NCBI RefSeq assembly: GCF_009914755.1 | Contig: NC_060947.1 | Length of the DNA stretch: 64,000 nt | Reading direction: 5' to 3' (one strand) | Origin: the human T2T-CHM13v2.0 reference genome, Homo sapiens | In this document: positions 1-14,198 of the stretch, piece by piece | How the letters are laid out: each line of letters begins with the position of its first letter | How positions within the stretch are numbered: the first letter of the stretch is position 1 | Notes under the pieces: generated by a model | Database searches by the model: none | The model's input: only the letters and a program-made list of their open reading frames with translations | Told to the model about the DNA's origin: nothing | Made by a program: the position numbers and the translations under genes

Positions 1-621
1 TTGTCATGTTAAATTCCAGCTTGGGCACGTAGGGAGTTCATGAGATATTGACTTTTCATCATCGTCATTGCAGAAAATATGATTTTTTTTTCTGGCTCAG
101 CCATTAGCAGACATAATGAAGTAGAATAGTCTCAAAGTGCCTTAAGAAAACTCAATCTGGTCACACGTTTTTCTGGCTTTGGAGTTCAGTGAAGCAGGTG
201 AGGGTCAAGGATTACCAGAGAAATACTCAAATCGTTCCCTAAGTGGCAGTGGAAGTTGGACTCTTTCTTCTCATTGCAAACTTTGGTAGCTGTGTGGCCT
301 CACTAGTACTGGTAGATTTTTTTTTCTTTTGCTGATTGCCACTGCTTTGTTATTTTCTTCTGGTGCAATATCTGAACTTCATTGGCTACAGATATCTCAC
401 TCTTTTGCTTCTATTGGCACCCAAGTTGGAGAGGGTACAAATGACCCAGTCACCACTTAATAGATTCATATGGACAAAAAAAGGTGTATCATTTGAGCTG
501 CAGAAACCTAGAGTAGTACCCTGATTCTGCCATGGGCTAGCTGTGTGGTATAGGTAAATTGCTTAAGTTGGAAGAACTTCAGTTTCTTCATTTGTCAAAG
601 TGGGTTGTTGATCTGGGTTGA

Positions 622-838
622 ACAGTGGGTAAGAACATAGGTTTGGAGCCAAACAGTTCTGGATTTGTCTCTTAGCTCCATTTCCTACTAATTGTGTGAC
701 TTTCTCTAAACTTCAGAACTGTCATCTGTAAATTGGGGATGAATAGTTCACAGGGCTGTGGTGAGGATTAAATGAGAGAATGCATATAAAGTTTCTGACA
801 CATAGTAGGCACACAATGAGAGCTATTATGATTATTTT
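622..838 (+). mobile_element. MIR SINE
   Basis: MIR core catctgtaaattggggatg...gtgaggattaaatgag...acatagtaggcac. Confidence 0.8.
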
Positions 839-1108
839 ATAAGAAATACAAAACAGGGGAGGGTTATGGCTGACTGTTGCAGAAGTTTCTGATGAAAAAA
901 TACCCCGATTTAGTGGTTTTCAATGACGGGCAAATTTGACTCCCTAGAGCACATTTGCCAATGTCCAGAGACATTTTTCATTTTCATTGCTTGGTGGAAG
1001 TGTTGCTGTTATACAGTGAATAGATGCCAGGGGTTTTGCTGAACATCTTACAATACACAGAGAAGCCCCTCACTACCCCCAACAAGTAATTATCCACTAC
1101 AAAATGTT

Positions 1109-2852
1109 TTTTTTTTCTTGATTTCCAGCTTTTATTTTAAGTTCAGGAGTACATGTGCAGGATGTGCAGGTTTGTTACATAGGTAAACATGTGCTATGGT
1201 GGTGCACAGATCATCCCATCAACTAGGCTAATAAGCCCAGCATCCATTAGCTATTCTTCCTGAAGCTCTCCATCCTCCCCCAGTCCACCCTCTGACAGGT
1301 CCCAGTATGCATTGTTTCCCTCCCTGTGTCCATGTGTTCTCGTCATTCAGCTCCCACTTATAAGTGAGAACATGCAGTGTTTGGTTTTTTGTTCCTGCAT
1401 TAGTTTGCTGAGGATAACAGCTTCCAGCTCCATCCATGTCCCTGCAAAGGGCATGATCTTGTTCCTTTCTATGGCTGCATAGTATTCCATGGTGTACATA
1501 TATGACATTTTCTTTATGCAGTCTATCATTGATGGACATTTAGGTTGATTCCATGTCTTTGCTTTTGTGAATAGTGCTACAGTGAACATACATATGCATG
1601 TATCTTTATAATAGAATGATTTATATTTCTTTGGGTATATACCCAGTAATGGGATAGCTGGGTCAAATGGTCTTTCTGCCTCTAGGTCTTTGAGGAATCT
1701 CTACACTGTCTTCCCCAGTGGTTGAACTAATTTACACTCCCACCAACAGTGTGAAGGCATTCCTTTTTGTCCACCACCTCGCCAGCATGTGTTGTTTGTT
1801 GAGTTTTTAATAGTAGCCATTCTGAATGATGTGAGATGGTATCTGAATGTAGTTTTGATTTGCATTTCTCTAACGATCAGGGATGTTGAGCTTTTTTTCA
1901 TGTTTGTTGGCTGCATGTATGTCTTTTGAGAAGTGTCTGTTCATGTCCTTTGCCCACTTTTTAATGAGGTTATGTTTTTTCTTCTGAATTTAAGTTGCTT
2001 GTAGATGCTGGATATTAGACCTTTGTCAGATAGATTGATTGCAAAACTTTTCTCCCATTCTGCAGGCTGTCTGTTCACTCTGATGAGTGAACTTTTGCTG
2101 CACAGAAGCTCTTTAGTCTAATTAGATCCCATTTGTCAATTTTTGCCTTTGTTACAACTGCTTTTGGTGGTTTTGTCATGAAACCTTTGCCTGTGCCTAT
2201 GTCCTGAATGGTATTTCCTAGCTTTTCTTCTAGGGTTTTTATTGTTTGGGTTTTACATTTAAGTCTTTAATCCATCTTGAGTGGATTTTTGTATATGGTG
2301 TAAAGAAGGGTTCAAGTTCAAATTTTCTGCATATGGCTAGCCAGTTCTCCCAGCACCATTTATTAAATACGGAATCATTTCCCCATTGCTTGTTTTTGTC
2401 AGGTTTGTCAAAGATGAGATTGTTGTAGGTGTATGGCATTATTTCTGAGTTCTCTATTTTGTTCCATCGGTCTGTGTGTCTGTTTTTGTACCAGTATTAT
2501 GCTGTTTTGGTTACTGTAGTCTTGTAGTATAGTTTGAAGTCAGGTAGCATGATGCCTCCAGTTTTGTTCTTTTTGCTTAGAACTGTCTTAGCTATTCAGG
2601 CTCTTTTTTGGTTCCATATGAATTTTAAAATAGTTTTTTCTAATTCTGTGAAGAATGTCAATGGCAGTTTAATGGGAATAGCATTGAATCTATAAATTGC
2701 TTTGGTCAGTTATGGCCATTTTCACTATATTGATTCTTCCTATCCATGAGCATGGAATGTTTTTCATTTGTTTATGTTATCTCTGATTTCTTTGAGCAGT
2801 GATTTGTAGTTCTCCTTGAAGAGGTCCTTCACTTCTCTTGTTAGCTGTATTC
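1109..2852 (-). mobile_element. 5'-truncated L1 (L1PA13-15-like): 3' UTR and ORF2 C-terminus
   Basis: Poly-T at left; frameshifted ORF2 peptides ([34 protein letters not shown]); TSD ctacaaaatgtt at 1097-1108 and 2853-2864. Confidence 0.95.
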
Positions 2853-2880
2853 CTACAAAATGTTAATAGTGCTGAGGTTA

Positions 2881-3191
<311 letters not shown>

Positions 3192-4332
3192 CTAATTTGA
3201 GAAACACAATTTACTAGGCTTATTGAGACTTTTGCAAAGTCATTTAACTTAGTGGTTAGCCTTATAAATTTATTTTTTCTCTCCCTTCCATTCATGAGGA
3301 TTATGCATGTTAAAATTTCCAGTTCATCTGTGATCCTCGTTAAGTTTCCTTTCCAGTAGTGTTGCCTAGAATGTCTCTTTGCCTTTCCCTGTCATATTCT
3401 GTTGTTCCAAGAATACAGATAATCAGATTATTTCTGAATTTGTAGTTTAACTCTTTTCACCCTGAATCAGATAAAAAAGGTCCCTATACCTCTAAAAGCC
3501 ATCCATACTCTGTCCAATGACCCATGAGACTATTTTCTTCTCTTTAAAGACAATAGAGGAAGAAGTGAGAGCCTGTAACACTTTAGAACTGGGTATCATG
3601 GGAATGGACTGGATTCACTTTGTGGATATGGTTTGGCTCTACAAGTGAGTTTGCCTTGAAAACAAAAGAATTTATAATAGCTATCACCATCAATATTTCT
3701 GAAGCATTCTAAAGCAGTTTATAAGATAAAAATACACATATGAATATATGAGGACAGTTATAAATGAGAGAAGACTGGAGTTAGAACCACAAGGAATTAT
3801 ACCTGGAAGGAGCAATATGATAGCTCCTGAAATAGAATGATAAATTTAGCTCTGAGATTCCTAGTAGCTAAGGTAGAAATGAAAATATGATTCCACTTCA
3901 CTAAAAAAAATGCTTGATAAACAAAAGATAAATTTTCTGCCTCAAACCAGATTCTAGGCAGATCTTATCACATGAAGTATGATATAAAGAACACTATACA
4001 ACATTCTATTGTTTTCTGCAGATAATGACTTGTTTTAGATCAATTTTGAATGACAACTTAAGGCTTTATGAATGCATTCCCATACAGACCCAAGCTAAAT
4101 CAGCCAAAATAAATGAACTTCTGCTTATTTAATTTGCATAAAATTAGACCTAGGAGAGTCTAAAGGGTTGGATGATCAATATGTCCTTCAGATTGCCTCT
4201 TCAATATTACTTATCTAAATCATGTTTCCCAGTTGGTAAAATAACTTTTTAGTCAAGATTAGACTCTTCAGTCAATGACTAAGTTACAGCTCTCAGAATG
4301 AAAAAACTGTAGCCTTAGATTATGACTGCTAC

Positions 4333-4660
4333 CAGTCAGAATAGGCTAGAATATGCTCTGAAAACAAACACCACCCAAAGCTGGGTAGTTGAATACAACA
4401 AAAACATTTTAATCACTCATGCTACATGTCCAGAATGGGTCAATAGGTGGGTTTGCTTCATGTAGTCACTCTGTAGCACCTCATGACCTCATCTCAATCA
4501 ACACTGTACTACAGGGTTTACCAGACCAGGGCAAGAAAGCCCTGGAAGTCTTGGCAATTAAATGCTTCTACCCAGAAGTAACACATAGCACTTTCAATCA
4601 CACTTCATTGGCCAAAGCAAGTGACATGGCTGTGCCTACCTTCAAAGGGACTGGGCTTAC
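4333..4660 (-). mobile_element. Old MLT1-type (ERVL-MaLR) LTR fragment
   Basis: agtcagaataggctag...cattggccaaagcaagtgacatggc, typical of old MLT1 subfamilies. Confidence 0.6.
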
Positions 4661-6179
4661 ATTCCTCAGGTATGCCCACCTCTTCATCTAGAAATTGTTT
4701 AGCAGTCATAATGCCTACCACACTTGCCAGCCAGCCAGGTAGCAGGGTTGACATTCTGTTTTGTAAATTAAGCAGGGTTCCTGGTACTTTCACACAGATG
4801 GAGGACCATCCCACATCTGCACCAGATTGGATATCAGGGATGTCTTCAGACAGGACCACATTTCTTAATCACCTCTTTTGAAATCTGCTACTCAATACAG
4901 TTCAGTTAGTCTCTGTGACATGCTGTTTCCATTCCCACTGGTTTAGAAATGGGGATATGCTTTTAGTGGCTGGACTATCATTCATGTTTCTTCCATGTCT
5001 GATGTTTTAGGAAGGAATGTTCTTTGGATACTCAAGCAGGCCCCTGAGGTTGGGTGACTTTCTGAGGGCTCCTTAGATCCTGGTAGCAGAGTCAGACTTG
5101 GAACTCACAGGTCCTGTAGTTTTGTGCTTTGCAGTCTTACTCGTTACAGGCATCTGATTCAAAAATGCAAGGATTAGTCTCCTTCACCTATAATGCAAGT
5201 TGGTGCTGTTGCTGCGAACGTGTTGGAATGAAATGAGAGGGGACTGGATTCCTGTGACGGTCTAGAGTAAGCCCCAGATAGACAGCATTGGAACCTCCCT
5301 TCCTTTTCCTGCTGCCAGCCTCCAGATTGCAGAAAACTGGAGCTAGAATCCTGACCATATCCCAACACACTAACAGGTGTGCCATATTAATATTGGAAGT
5401 ATTGACAGTGCTAGATTCTGAAAGGGATGACATTACAATTGTTATTCTTTGTTACTCAATTTATTTGTTGACATACCATGAGCCACATTGTTTATTGATG
5501 TACAAAAATCATTTAATCTTAGTGCATTAGTTATACAACATAGTACAGCACAGCTGCAGCTAGCTGTCAGCTTTCCAAATTTTCCAGTTGGTTCCGGCAC
5601 AGTTGTTCTTCCTCCTTCTATAATCAGAATTGTCTGAGAATGCTTGTTTTGGAGGGAACTTGAAGGGAAAAGGAACCAGAACCTTAAGAAGTGAGATCCA
5701 TTGGGAGCTCAAGAATTATCAGACTTTCCAGGAAAATGCATGGGGTGGGGGGGCAGTGACACGGGTGTGGAGACATGAAGAGGAACGGTCAGGAGCAAAG
5801 GATAGGCAATAGGCCAGAAAAAAATGTAAGCAAAAAAATATCTTGCAGAGATGTGAAAAGGAACTTTCAATAAAGGCTTACTCTATAACCCATTCTGTAA
5901 ATCTAATTTGCTGGAGCAACTGCCCCCACCACACAACCTTCTACCTTCCCCCGTCCTATTTTTTTTTTTTTATAACTGCTACCAAATGGCTGCAGTTTTT
6001 AATTCTTTACTTTCCATTTTATGGCCTACAGCTTCATACAAAAGTGTGAGTGCCCTCTCCAGATGGACTGTGCAACTCATTTGGGAAGAAGGGCAGCCGA
6101 TTTTCATCATCTGGGCCTTTAAGAACTCTCTAGGTAGCCCTAAAATACATAAAAGTACAAATGGTGGACAGGAAATTTA

Positions 6180-6920
6180 GCAATGTCTCTTGCTGAACAA
6201 TCAGAGTATGGATTTTAGTCAGTTCGTTTTTCTTTTACTGTTGGTTAGAACTACCAGCCTTGCAGGCAAGCTGGAATATGGGGGAGGGGGGCACATGCGC
6301 AGAACGCAAGTCTTTCTTGCTAGGTGACACTTTTTATTCTGAAATTGCTTTCACTGCAGACATTCCCAGTGATCCTGGGAGCTTCATTTCGTTTTTGGCC
6401 ATATGGCTCTGCTCATGAAATTCCTCAGGCTCTTCCAACTGATGTTTTCCCACCACGTGGCCACAAATTGACTACTCGCTTTGCCTAGAGCTTTTAATTG
6501 GTTTAAATAATAAACTCCCCAAGTCTTTGTTTGTTGGCACACAGAACTGAGCACACAATTGCAAATGAGTTGGGCAACCTGCTTTGATTTGGTGATTAGT
6601 CATTGCTCTTAATTGTTTTTACAATTTCCACCTGAGCGATCAGGAAATGAAGCGCCGCCTCACACTTCCAGCAAGTTGCAAAGAGCCTAACTATGGTATT
6701 TCCTTATTGACTGTTTCCTTGCCTGGGAGGAGGCTGCACTAAGATGTTGTGGCTTGGGAGGTGGGCGCTGCAGGGCTAAAGTCAAGTCTTGGCTTTTTAA
6801 GCTGATTCCCGTCTGATTTTGGGAAGTGATGGAGACAGATTAAGCCATGAAGCATAAAAAGGCCCCCAACAGGACACTAGGCCCCGGTCACACCACAGCA
6901 TAAACACAGAAAACATGAAT
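6180..6920. promoter_or_regulatory. Candidate enhancer / conserved non-coding element
   Basis: No recognisable repeat; retained CpGs; CACGTG 6454-6459; CTTTGAT 6582-6588; multiple TAAT/ATTA and ACAAT/CTTTGT motifs. Confidence 0.35.
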
Positions 6921-7227
6921 GTGGCTTTGGGAGACAGGGCTTTCCTCCTGTCTCAAAAGAGGTCTTTTTTGTTTAAGGCGTTTTTGTTTTGTTTTGCTTT
7001 GCTTAGTTCTCCTGGTTTATTTTCCTACATCGTTGGTGCAGATGGCAGATTAGCAATGCCTTTGGTTTTTTTTTGTTGTTGTTGTTTGGTTCTGTTGTGT
7101 TTTCTTTTGGTGGTCAAGTCTCTGAACTTCTGAAACAGAACTATCAGCAACTGTAATATAGATTCTTTTTTTGGAAGTTTGTTTTTTCATTTAAAAAGTT
7201 TTATGAAAATTCCCATATGAACAATAT

Positions 7228-7525
7228 ATCCTGTCAGGAATGTACTCCACACCCACCAAGCACCTACTGCCTACTCCTTGTGTCCTTGGTGACTCTTATC
7301 AGGACTCAGTTCAAGGGGCTACTCTTCTACAATGTTTCCCTGACCAGCCCTCCACTCCACATGGCTAAGCTGACATGGTAACATTTTCTCTCCTTCAAGT
7401 TCCACTGTACCTTGAACAAACATTGAGCATAACTATATTTGAGTTATTTGTTACCAAGTTTCTTCCTCACTATTAGAGTGTTTACCCCCAAGACAGGGAC
7501 CAGAAGGCACTGAGCACAGGCTTAT
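7228..7525 (+). mobile_element. L2 3' fragment
   Basis: Degenerate L2 3' end motifs (tttccctgacc, agacagggacc, gagcacaggc). Confidence 0.5.
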
Positions 7526-7544
7526 TGAGATCTGTGGTCAACTG

Positions 7545-7795
7545 GAGGGAGCAAAGACTACAGATTTTGGAGTCAGTCTGACCTTAGCTGTAATCTCAGC
7601 TCTGCAAGCTAATATACTAAGTGACCTTAGGCAATTTACACGATCTCTCTGAACCTCAATGTCAGTTTCTTAGTCTGCAAAGTGAGAATCATGAGCTCTA
7701 CCTTATGAGATTGTTGGGATGGTTGGGTGAAATATTGTGTATTAAGCACACAGCACTGTACCGGGCACAGAGAAAATACTCTAAAAATGTCTAAT
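7545..7795 (+). mobile_element. MIR SINE
   Basis: gtgaccttaggcaatttac...tctctgaacctcaatgtcagtttc...ctaccttatgagattgttg. Confidence 0.8.
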
Positions 7796-7809
7796 CCTAT
7801 GATTATGTA

Positions 7810-7915
7810 AGATATTATCATTAAGGGACGCTGGGTAAAAGGGGTGAGGGAATTCTCTGTACCATTTTTGCACATTTGTTAAGTCTAAACTTACTTCAAA
7901 ATAAAATGTTAGAAA
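7810..7915 (+). mobile_element. Old L1M 3' terminus fragment
   Basis: ctgggtaaaaggggtgagggaattctctgtaccatttttgcac...tcaaaataaaatgtt. Confidence 0.55.
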
Positions 7916-10057
7916 ATACATGTATCTAATAACACACACACACAAAATAAAACCAAATAAAAATAAAAATGGCTAATCCTCCAGGAAACCACCCTTGCTC
8001 CCCTTTCAGAGAAGGGCTTGTCCTTATCTGATTCATTCACTCTCTAGCCTCCCCTTCCTTGGCTCTCACAAAATCTAAGATAACATGTATGATTTCTGCC
8101 ATGTGTCCACCTTGCCAACCACCTGGTTGGGAGAAGTCCTTTGCAATCTTTTCTGCTTCCATTTTGATGCTCCTTGCTGAATAGCATGATTAGATACATC
8201 CATCTACAGCTTACATTGAACTTACATGGCCTCTTTCATTATGATGAGCTTAAAGTGCTTTGTAGATATAATGAGTTATGGCAGGGAGAGATGGTGATGA
8301 AAAGAAGGTTTCCTTCTCAAGTATCTTCAGGGTGACATTGCATCCTCTACCTCCCTCCTGGAGATTCACACTGCATCTTAACATCCTTTGATGGGCCCTA
8401 TAGTAAGGAAACGTGTTAAACTTTATTTAATGCTACAATTTCCAAGTTGGTTTCACAATATGCCTACTAACTTCCTCAAGAACTTTGTTTCCACAGAGCA
8501 TGCTTTGGAAAATGCTAGCTTATGAAAATAATATTTCTCTTTTTCAATGGAACCTTAGGATTCTGAGAAGGAAAATAACTCATGTAAGGCCTTGAAGAGA
8601 GTGCAAGGTGGTCAGTCTGGCTCTGTTTTCCCCACAACACACCTTAATGACAAACACCAGCTTCCTTGGTTTGATCCAATTCCAAAATTGGTCTTGGATT
8701 CTATTTTCCTGCCCTTGATTCCTGCTGTTCTTGATCTCTTGCCTGGCTCCCTGGCCATGCATGGCCTCACTTACCAGATACGGTAGTGGTCTTAGCTTTC
8801 CTTTTTAATTCAGGTTGGCATTCAGCCCTTGAACTAGTTCTTCCTCTGGCCATTAAAGATAGCAAGCCCTTGCAATCTCAGCCCTTTAGGAAGGAAACCA
8901 GACAAGTCATTGGGTCATCCCAGAGGCATTATGGTAGTAGCAAACACTTAACATTTACTTTGTGTTAAGAGGTATATTTACAGCGTCTAACTCTTAACCC
9001 TGTGTGAATCTGCCTCTCTTTACTAAGTAGTAGGAGATACAATTACCTTTCCCAGTGATCTTACATTTAAGCTGAGGCCACCAGACAAGATTGGTGGAAC
9101 AGATCATTACGGCACAGGACATTATGTGATTAGGTGTCACACTACGTGGAGCAAAGCTCTGGAAATTTGTGTAGAGAGAAAAGTAGGCTCCATCAAAAAA
9201 AAAAGATTAAAAAAAAATCAAGCAAAAAGTGACCAGAAGCAGGGACAAGCTGCTAGTTAAGGCTGCCAGCAGCTTCTTACCTTTGCTTTGAGAGTTCATT
9301 GCTGAAAAAATATTGCTCTTTTCTTTTGGGAAAAATCACTTCAATGGACCATTAATTTTGAAAAGCTCTAACTTACATTCTGTTCTAGAATGAAGAGGTT
9401 GTCAAAATAAAGAGTAAACTGCCCTGTAGAAGAGTGTACCTGGTGGGCTTCCTGGGGATAGAGTTGGATATCTGTAGAGATTATGATGCTTTCCACTGGA
9501 GGCAAGGATGGCTTTCCTTCTCTCTTTGGGCCTTGAAGGAGAAGGTCAGGGGGTGACCTCTGGACAGTGTGGATAAGGTGGAAGATGCTTTTCTCCATGT
9601 GAGCTAAGCTAAACTTTCACCATGGCAGTAGATGCTGAGACTAAGGAAAGAACCTGCTAATGGGGACCCTTGTGGACATACCTGGCTGATAGAGCCTATG
9701 CAACATGATAATGAACAACCAACATTGAGCTTTTTTTTTTTTTTTTCCTACACTGTAATTCCCCTCTGTGGTCCCCAAGCCTTCAGTAAAATTCTTTTAA
9801 ACTCCATAGCCAGGTCTTAACTCTGTCATTATTTGCCACGACATGGTTTGGAAAAACAGCAGCAGCCCAGGGAAAGTTAGTTACATGAAGGCAAGAAGTG
9901 ACCAGTAGAGAAACGTGGGACAGAGGTCTAAGTCTAAAGGTGATAAATGACAACCAGAATCGATTTGTGAACTGCAGGCATCTCTTAATGATTCCCAGGA
10001 AATCTAGGCAAAGGCAGCTTGATAAAAAGACGAGTTTTTCTGCAAATTAGGCAATAC

Positions 10058-10385
10058 ATCAGTTAGGCAAGGCTAGATTAGGCTGAAGTAACAATCCTAA
10101 AATTTCAGTGGCTTTAAAAAACAACAGAATTTGTCTATTGTGGGTTGGCTGGCTCTTCTTCTAGTCCTCACTCTGGGTGTCAGGCTCAGGGAAGTTACAT
10201 CTCCATGCTTCCATGATTGCCTAGGCATGGAAAAGTTGTTAAAGCTTCTGGTCACATTTCATTGGCTAAGAGACATCACAGTGCCACACCTAACTTTAAA
10301 AGGAGTGGGGAGGTGGAGTCTGCCATGTGCCTGGAAAGCAGGGTGTTGAAAATATTTGTTGAGTGGCACTAATGACTGCTACAGA
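10058..10385 (-). mobile_element. Old MLT1-type LTR fragment
   Basis: agttaggcaaggctagattaggctgaagtaacaa...aatttcagtggcttta...cacatttcattggc. Confidence 0.55.
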
Positions 10386-10484
10386 GCGGATTGGGAGCCT
10401 GGACTCTAATTTGCATGTTTCAAGACTGGAGAACTTGGAGACATCTGGGTTGTAGCTTAGGATAGCAAACTGGGCACTGTCTGA

Positions 10485-10625
10485 ATGCCTGAATTTAACA
10501 AATATTTCTCGAGCACCCTCTACGTGCCAGGTGCTGTTTTAAGAATTGGGGATAAGTTCTTGTACAAAAAGACATGGTTTCTGTGCTTAAGGAGCTTACA
10601 CTCTAGTGGGAAGAGGTAGGTAGAC
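10485..10625 (-). mobile_element. L2 3' end
   Basis: ttaacaaatatttctcgagcaccctctacgtgccaggtgctg...aaggagcttacactctagtggg. Confidence 0.7.
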
Positions 10626-11074
10626 AGTAGACCCTTTTCCCTGGGAAAAGCATTGCTTGTATTTGTACCCTATCCTAGGGCTCCTCACATTCTGTAAGAT
10701 GATACCTAAAGGTGAGTGGCTGTGGCCTTCTGACTGCTGCTTGGTATGCTAGAGCATTTGCTAGCTTTTCATGATTCCCTTTCTGAGTACAACAATCAAT
10801 TGCCTGGGCCCATTAACCATTTCTCTGAGCATTCTGATTTCTTGCTCTTGCTTCTTTTGTTTTTCACTCTCAGCACTTTTAGGGTTTAGCTTCAAGCAAG
10901 CAGTGTCTGTGCTGAGTCCTCTATTGGCTTTTATGAGGCTTTGTACTCTTGCAAAAAACAGCTCCCTTGGAGATCTCTGGGATATCCATAGTACTACCCT
11001 ATTAGTTGCATTCAGCTCTAGTCTTTTGGGTAGTCAGCAAAGACCCAGGGTTTCTGATTCTCTTGCTGATACAT

Positions 11075-11295
11075 ATAGTATGGTACAGTGGTTAAGGACA
11101 GTAGCTTTGGCCTCAGATAAACTTGGATTTAAATACCAGCTCTGCAATTTACTAAACCTCAGTTTTCTCATCTATAAAGCAGTGAAAATAATAGAATCTA
11201 CTTCATGAGGTTGATTGATGATTAAATTAGTTATACTTAAATTACTTAACACAGTGCAAGGCATATGGTAAGTATTCAATAGAAGCTAGCTGTTT
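11075..11295 (+). mobile_element. MIR SINE
   Basis: tatggtacagtggttaag...cctcagttttctcatctataaa...gattaaattagtta. Confidence 0.8.
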
Positions 11296-12626
11296 TAATT
11301 TACTGATGGTTGAATAATCAATAATCATTTGTTGATTGTTAGATGACAGAGTCAGCTCTCATGCTCTTAAAGCAAGGCTCCTCAAATTAATGTAATCAAT
11401 AGAGTCAGTACCAATTCCAAATCTCTCCTGGTATATTCCTCTTAAGACACAGAGCCACATATGCAAACCAAAACCTAGGAGCAGCTTGGCAAAGAGACAT
11501 TCCTAAGAAATATGCAATGTGAACTGTAACAATGATAGTGTTCTCTAGCTTCATGTTCACATCTGTCTGTCTTCCTGTTTTTCTCATCTCTCTGGATCCC
11601 TTCTTCCTGTAAGATTCTGTAATTTTCACATGTACTTCTAGTTTAAATGTGAGCCCATCCAGATAGTCTATATTTCAGAATGCATTTTTTTTTGGCAAGA
11701 AAATAAAGAAAATAACACACTACTTTTGTCATCAAGAATGTGCTTGTGAACTTCCCTAAAACAGATGTCAAACAGTTGATGCTTTCAAAATATTGCACAT
11801 CTTTTTACAGTATGGCTCTGACCAGAATAGATGAAACAGGAAGACATTTCTCATTTCATGGCTTCTCTGACCTAGGATCAACATGTATGGTCCAAGCAGG
11901 TTTTTCTTACCAGCCGTCACTGGCCTCATGCCTTAACTGTGTGCAGAGTGATGTCATATGGCAAAATTGTTGGCTCTGAATATAAGTGAAAACTAGGAAG
12001 ACAACAAATGAGGCCCCAAGAAGCCAAAACAACTTTTATTTTACCCAAAATATAAACATGTTTGGCTGTCTTCATTCTACCAGCATTTATCAAGCACCTG
12101 CTACCTGAAAGGTACGGTGCTGGACACTGCTCTCCAAGCTCATAGGAAGAGAAAAAAAAAAAAAAGAACAGTATTTACAGTCTTTTTAACAAGAAAGGAG
12201 ACTGAAAATCCCAGTAAGAAAACCCCAAAATACCAAAAACGCAGAAGGCTGATACTACTTTAGTGTGGGATAATGTAGCCCTGCCCACTTCAGTAGCCTT
12301 AAAGACATTGTTCATAATGTACCTGTGTCAGTACCAAAGTTGCTCTTTCAGGACTGTGATAGCAAGTCATCCAGAAAAGTTTAAAATATTTTTAATATCT
12401 TCTCTTTAAGCAGACAGAGAAAAGTCTAATATACCTTAGTTGGCTTTTTATCACACGTGGTTAAAATATACTTTTTGTTTGTTTGTTTTATTCAGGCATT
12501 CTGGTACCCTGAGAAATCTCCCAAGCTTCTAGCTGGCTGAGTTATTACTACAGATTGCTTAGCACTTTTGTCAATCTCACTGTAGATTAATTATCAGATT
12601 TCTCTAGAAGTAGTGGTTTTTCTGGC

Positions 12627-13013
12627 TGTCTTAGTTTGTTTTGTGCTGCTATAACAGAATATCATAGATTGGGTAACTTATCAAGAAGAGAAATTTATTT
12701 CTCACAATTTTGGGGACTGAGAAGTCCAAGATCAAGTCACTAGCAGGTTCAGTTGTCTGATGAGGTTCCATTCTCTGCTTTTAAGATGATTCCTTGAACA
12801 TGGCATCCTCCCGAAGGGAGGAACACTGTGTCTTCACATGGCAGAAGAGTAGAAGAGACTGTACTCACTCCCACAAGTCCTTTTCATAGCAGCGTTAATC
12901 CATTCTCCCTCATGATCAAAACACTTCCCATTAGGCCCCACTTCCCGACACTGTTGCATTGGAGATTAAGTTTCCAACACACAAATTTTGGGGCATACAT
13001 TCAGACCATAGCA
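12627..13013 (-). mobile_element. MLT1A/MSTD-like solo LTR (ERVL-MaLR)
   Basis: tgtcttagtttgttttgtgctgctataacagaa...gaagtccaagatcaag...acattcagaccatagca with TG...CA ends. Confidence 0.85.
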
Positions 13014-13261
13014 CTAACATTCCATAGAAAGTTGAGAGAAGTGAATCCTATAAACCAGATGCTAGCCTGGGAAGAAATAAAGTACAGAATACCACCTACT
13101 TCTTCAGCCCGGATTGCCAGCCTAATCACAAGTTAAAATCAAAGTTTGATGACTTCGCAGCTATCATTTCTTACCCAGCCTCCTAACTGATCTTTAGCTT
13201 CCAGCCTTGAAATCTGGTGTCTAATCTCAACACAATAGTCTGTGTGATCCTTTAAAATAAA

Positions 13262-13822
13262 ATGATTGTACACTTATGTTAATAGAAGCATAATTTACAA
13301 TAGCCAAGGGGTGAAAACACCCCAAATGTTCACTGACAGATGAATGAATGCAGTGTGATACTGTATATATATATATATATATACAGTATATATCATATAT
13401 ATGATGGAATATTATTCAGCCTTTAAGAGGAAGGATAGCCTCTCAGATGCTACAACATGAATGAACCTTGAAGACATTATACTAGGTGAAATAAGCCAGT
13501 CATAACAAGAATAAATACTGTATGACTTATATTAGGTTTCTAGAGTAGTCAAATTCATAGTGATAGAAAGTGGAAAGTTGGTTACCAGAACCTGGGGGAA
13601 GTAGAAAACGTAATGTGGAATTATTGTTTAATGGGTGTGGAGTTTCAGTTGGGAAAGATGAAAAAGTTCTTCATCTTTTGGAGATGGATGGTGATGATGA
13701 TTGCACAATATGGTGAACATATTTAATGCCACTGGACTGTCCACTTAAAAATTGTTAAGATGGTCAATTTTTTGTTATGTATATTTTAATACAATTCAAA
13801 ATAACAAAAATTCCATTACAAT
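13262..13822 (+). mobile_element. L1MB 3' end
   Basis: tgctacaacatgaatgaaccttgaagacattat...gatgaaaaagttct...ttaagatggtcaatttt. Confidence 0.85.
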
Positions 13823-13833
13823 AAAAAAATCTG

Positions 13834-14198
<365 letters not shown>

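Noticed and set aside
1228-2439. ORFs resembling retroelement protein (also 32425-32655, 41713-43643, 51155-51397, 57386-58381)
   Set aside because: Frameshifted L1 ORF2 C-terminal remnants in truncated elements, not genes.
10771-11208. Longest ORF (145 aa, hydrophobic)
   Set aside because: No recognisable domain; its C-terminus is MIR-derived, and T-rich DNA yields such ORFs by chance.
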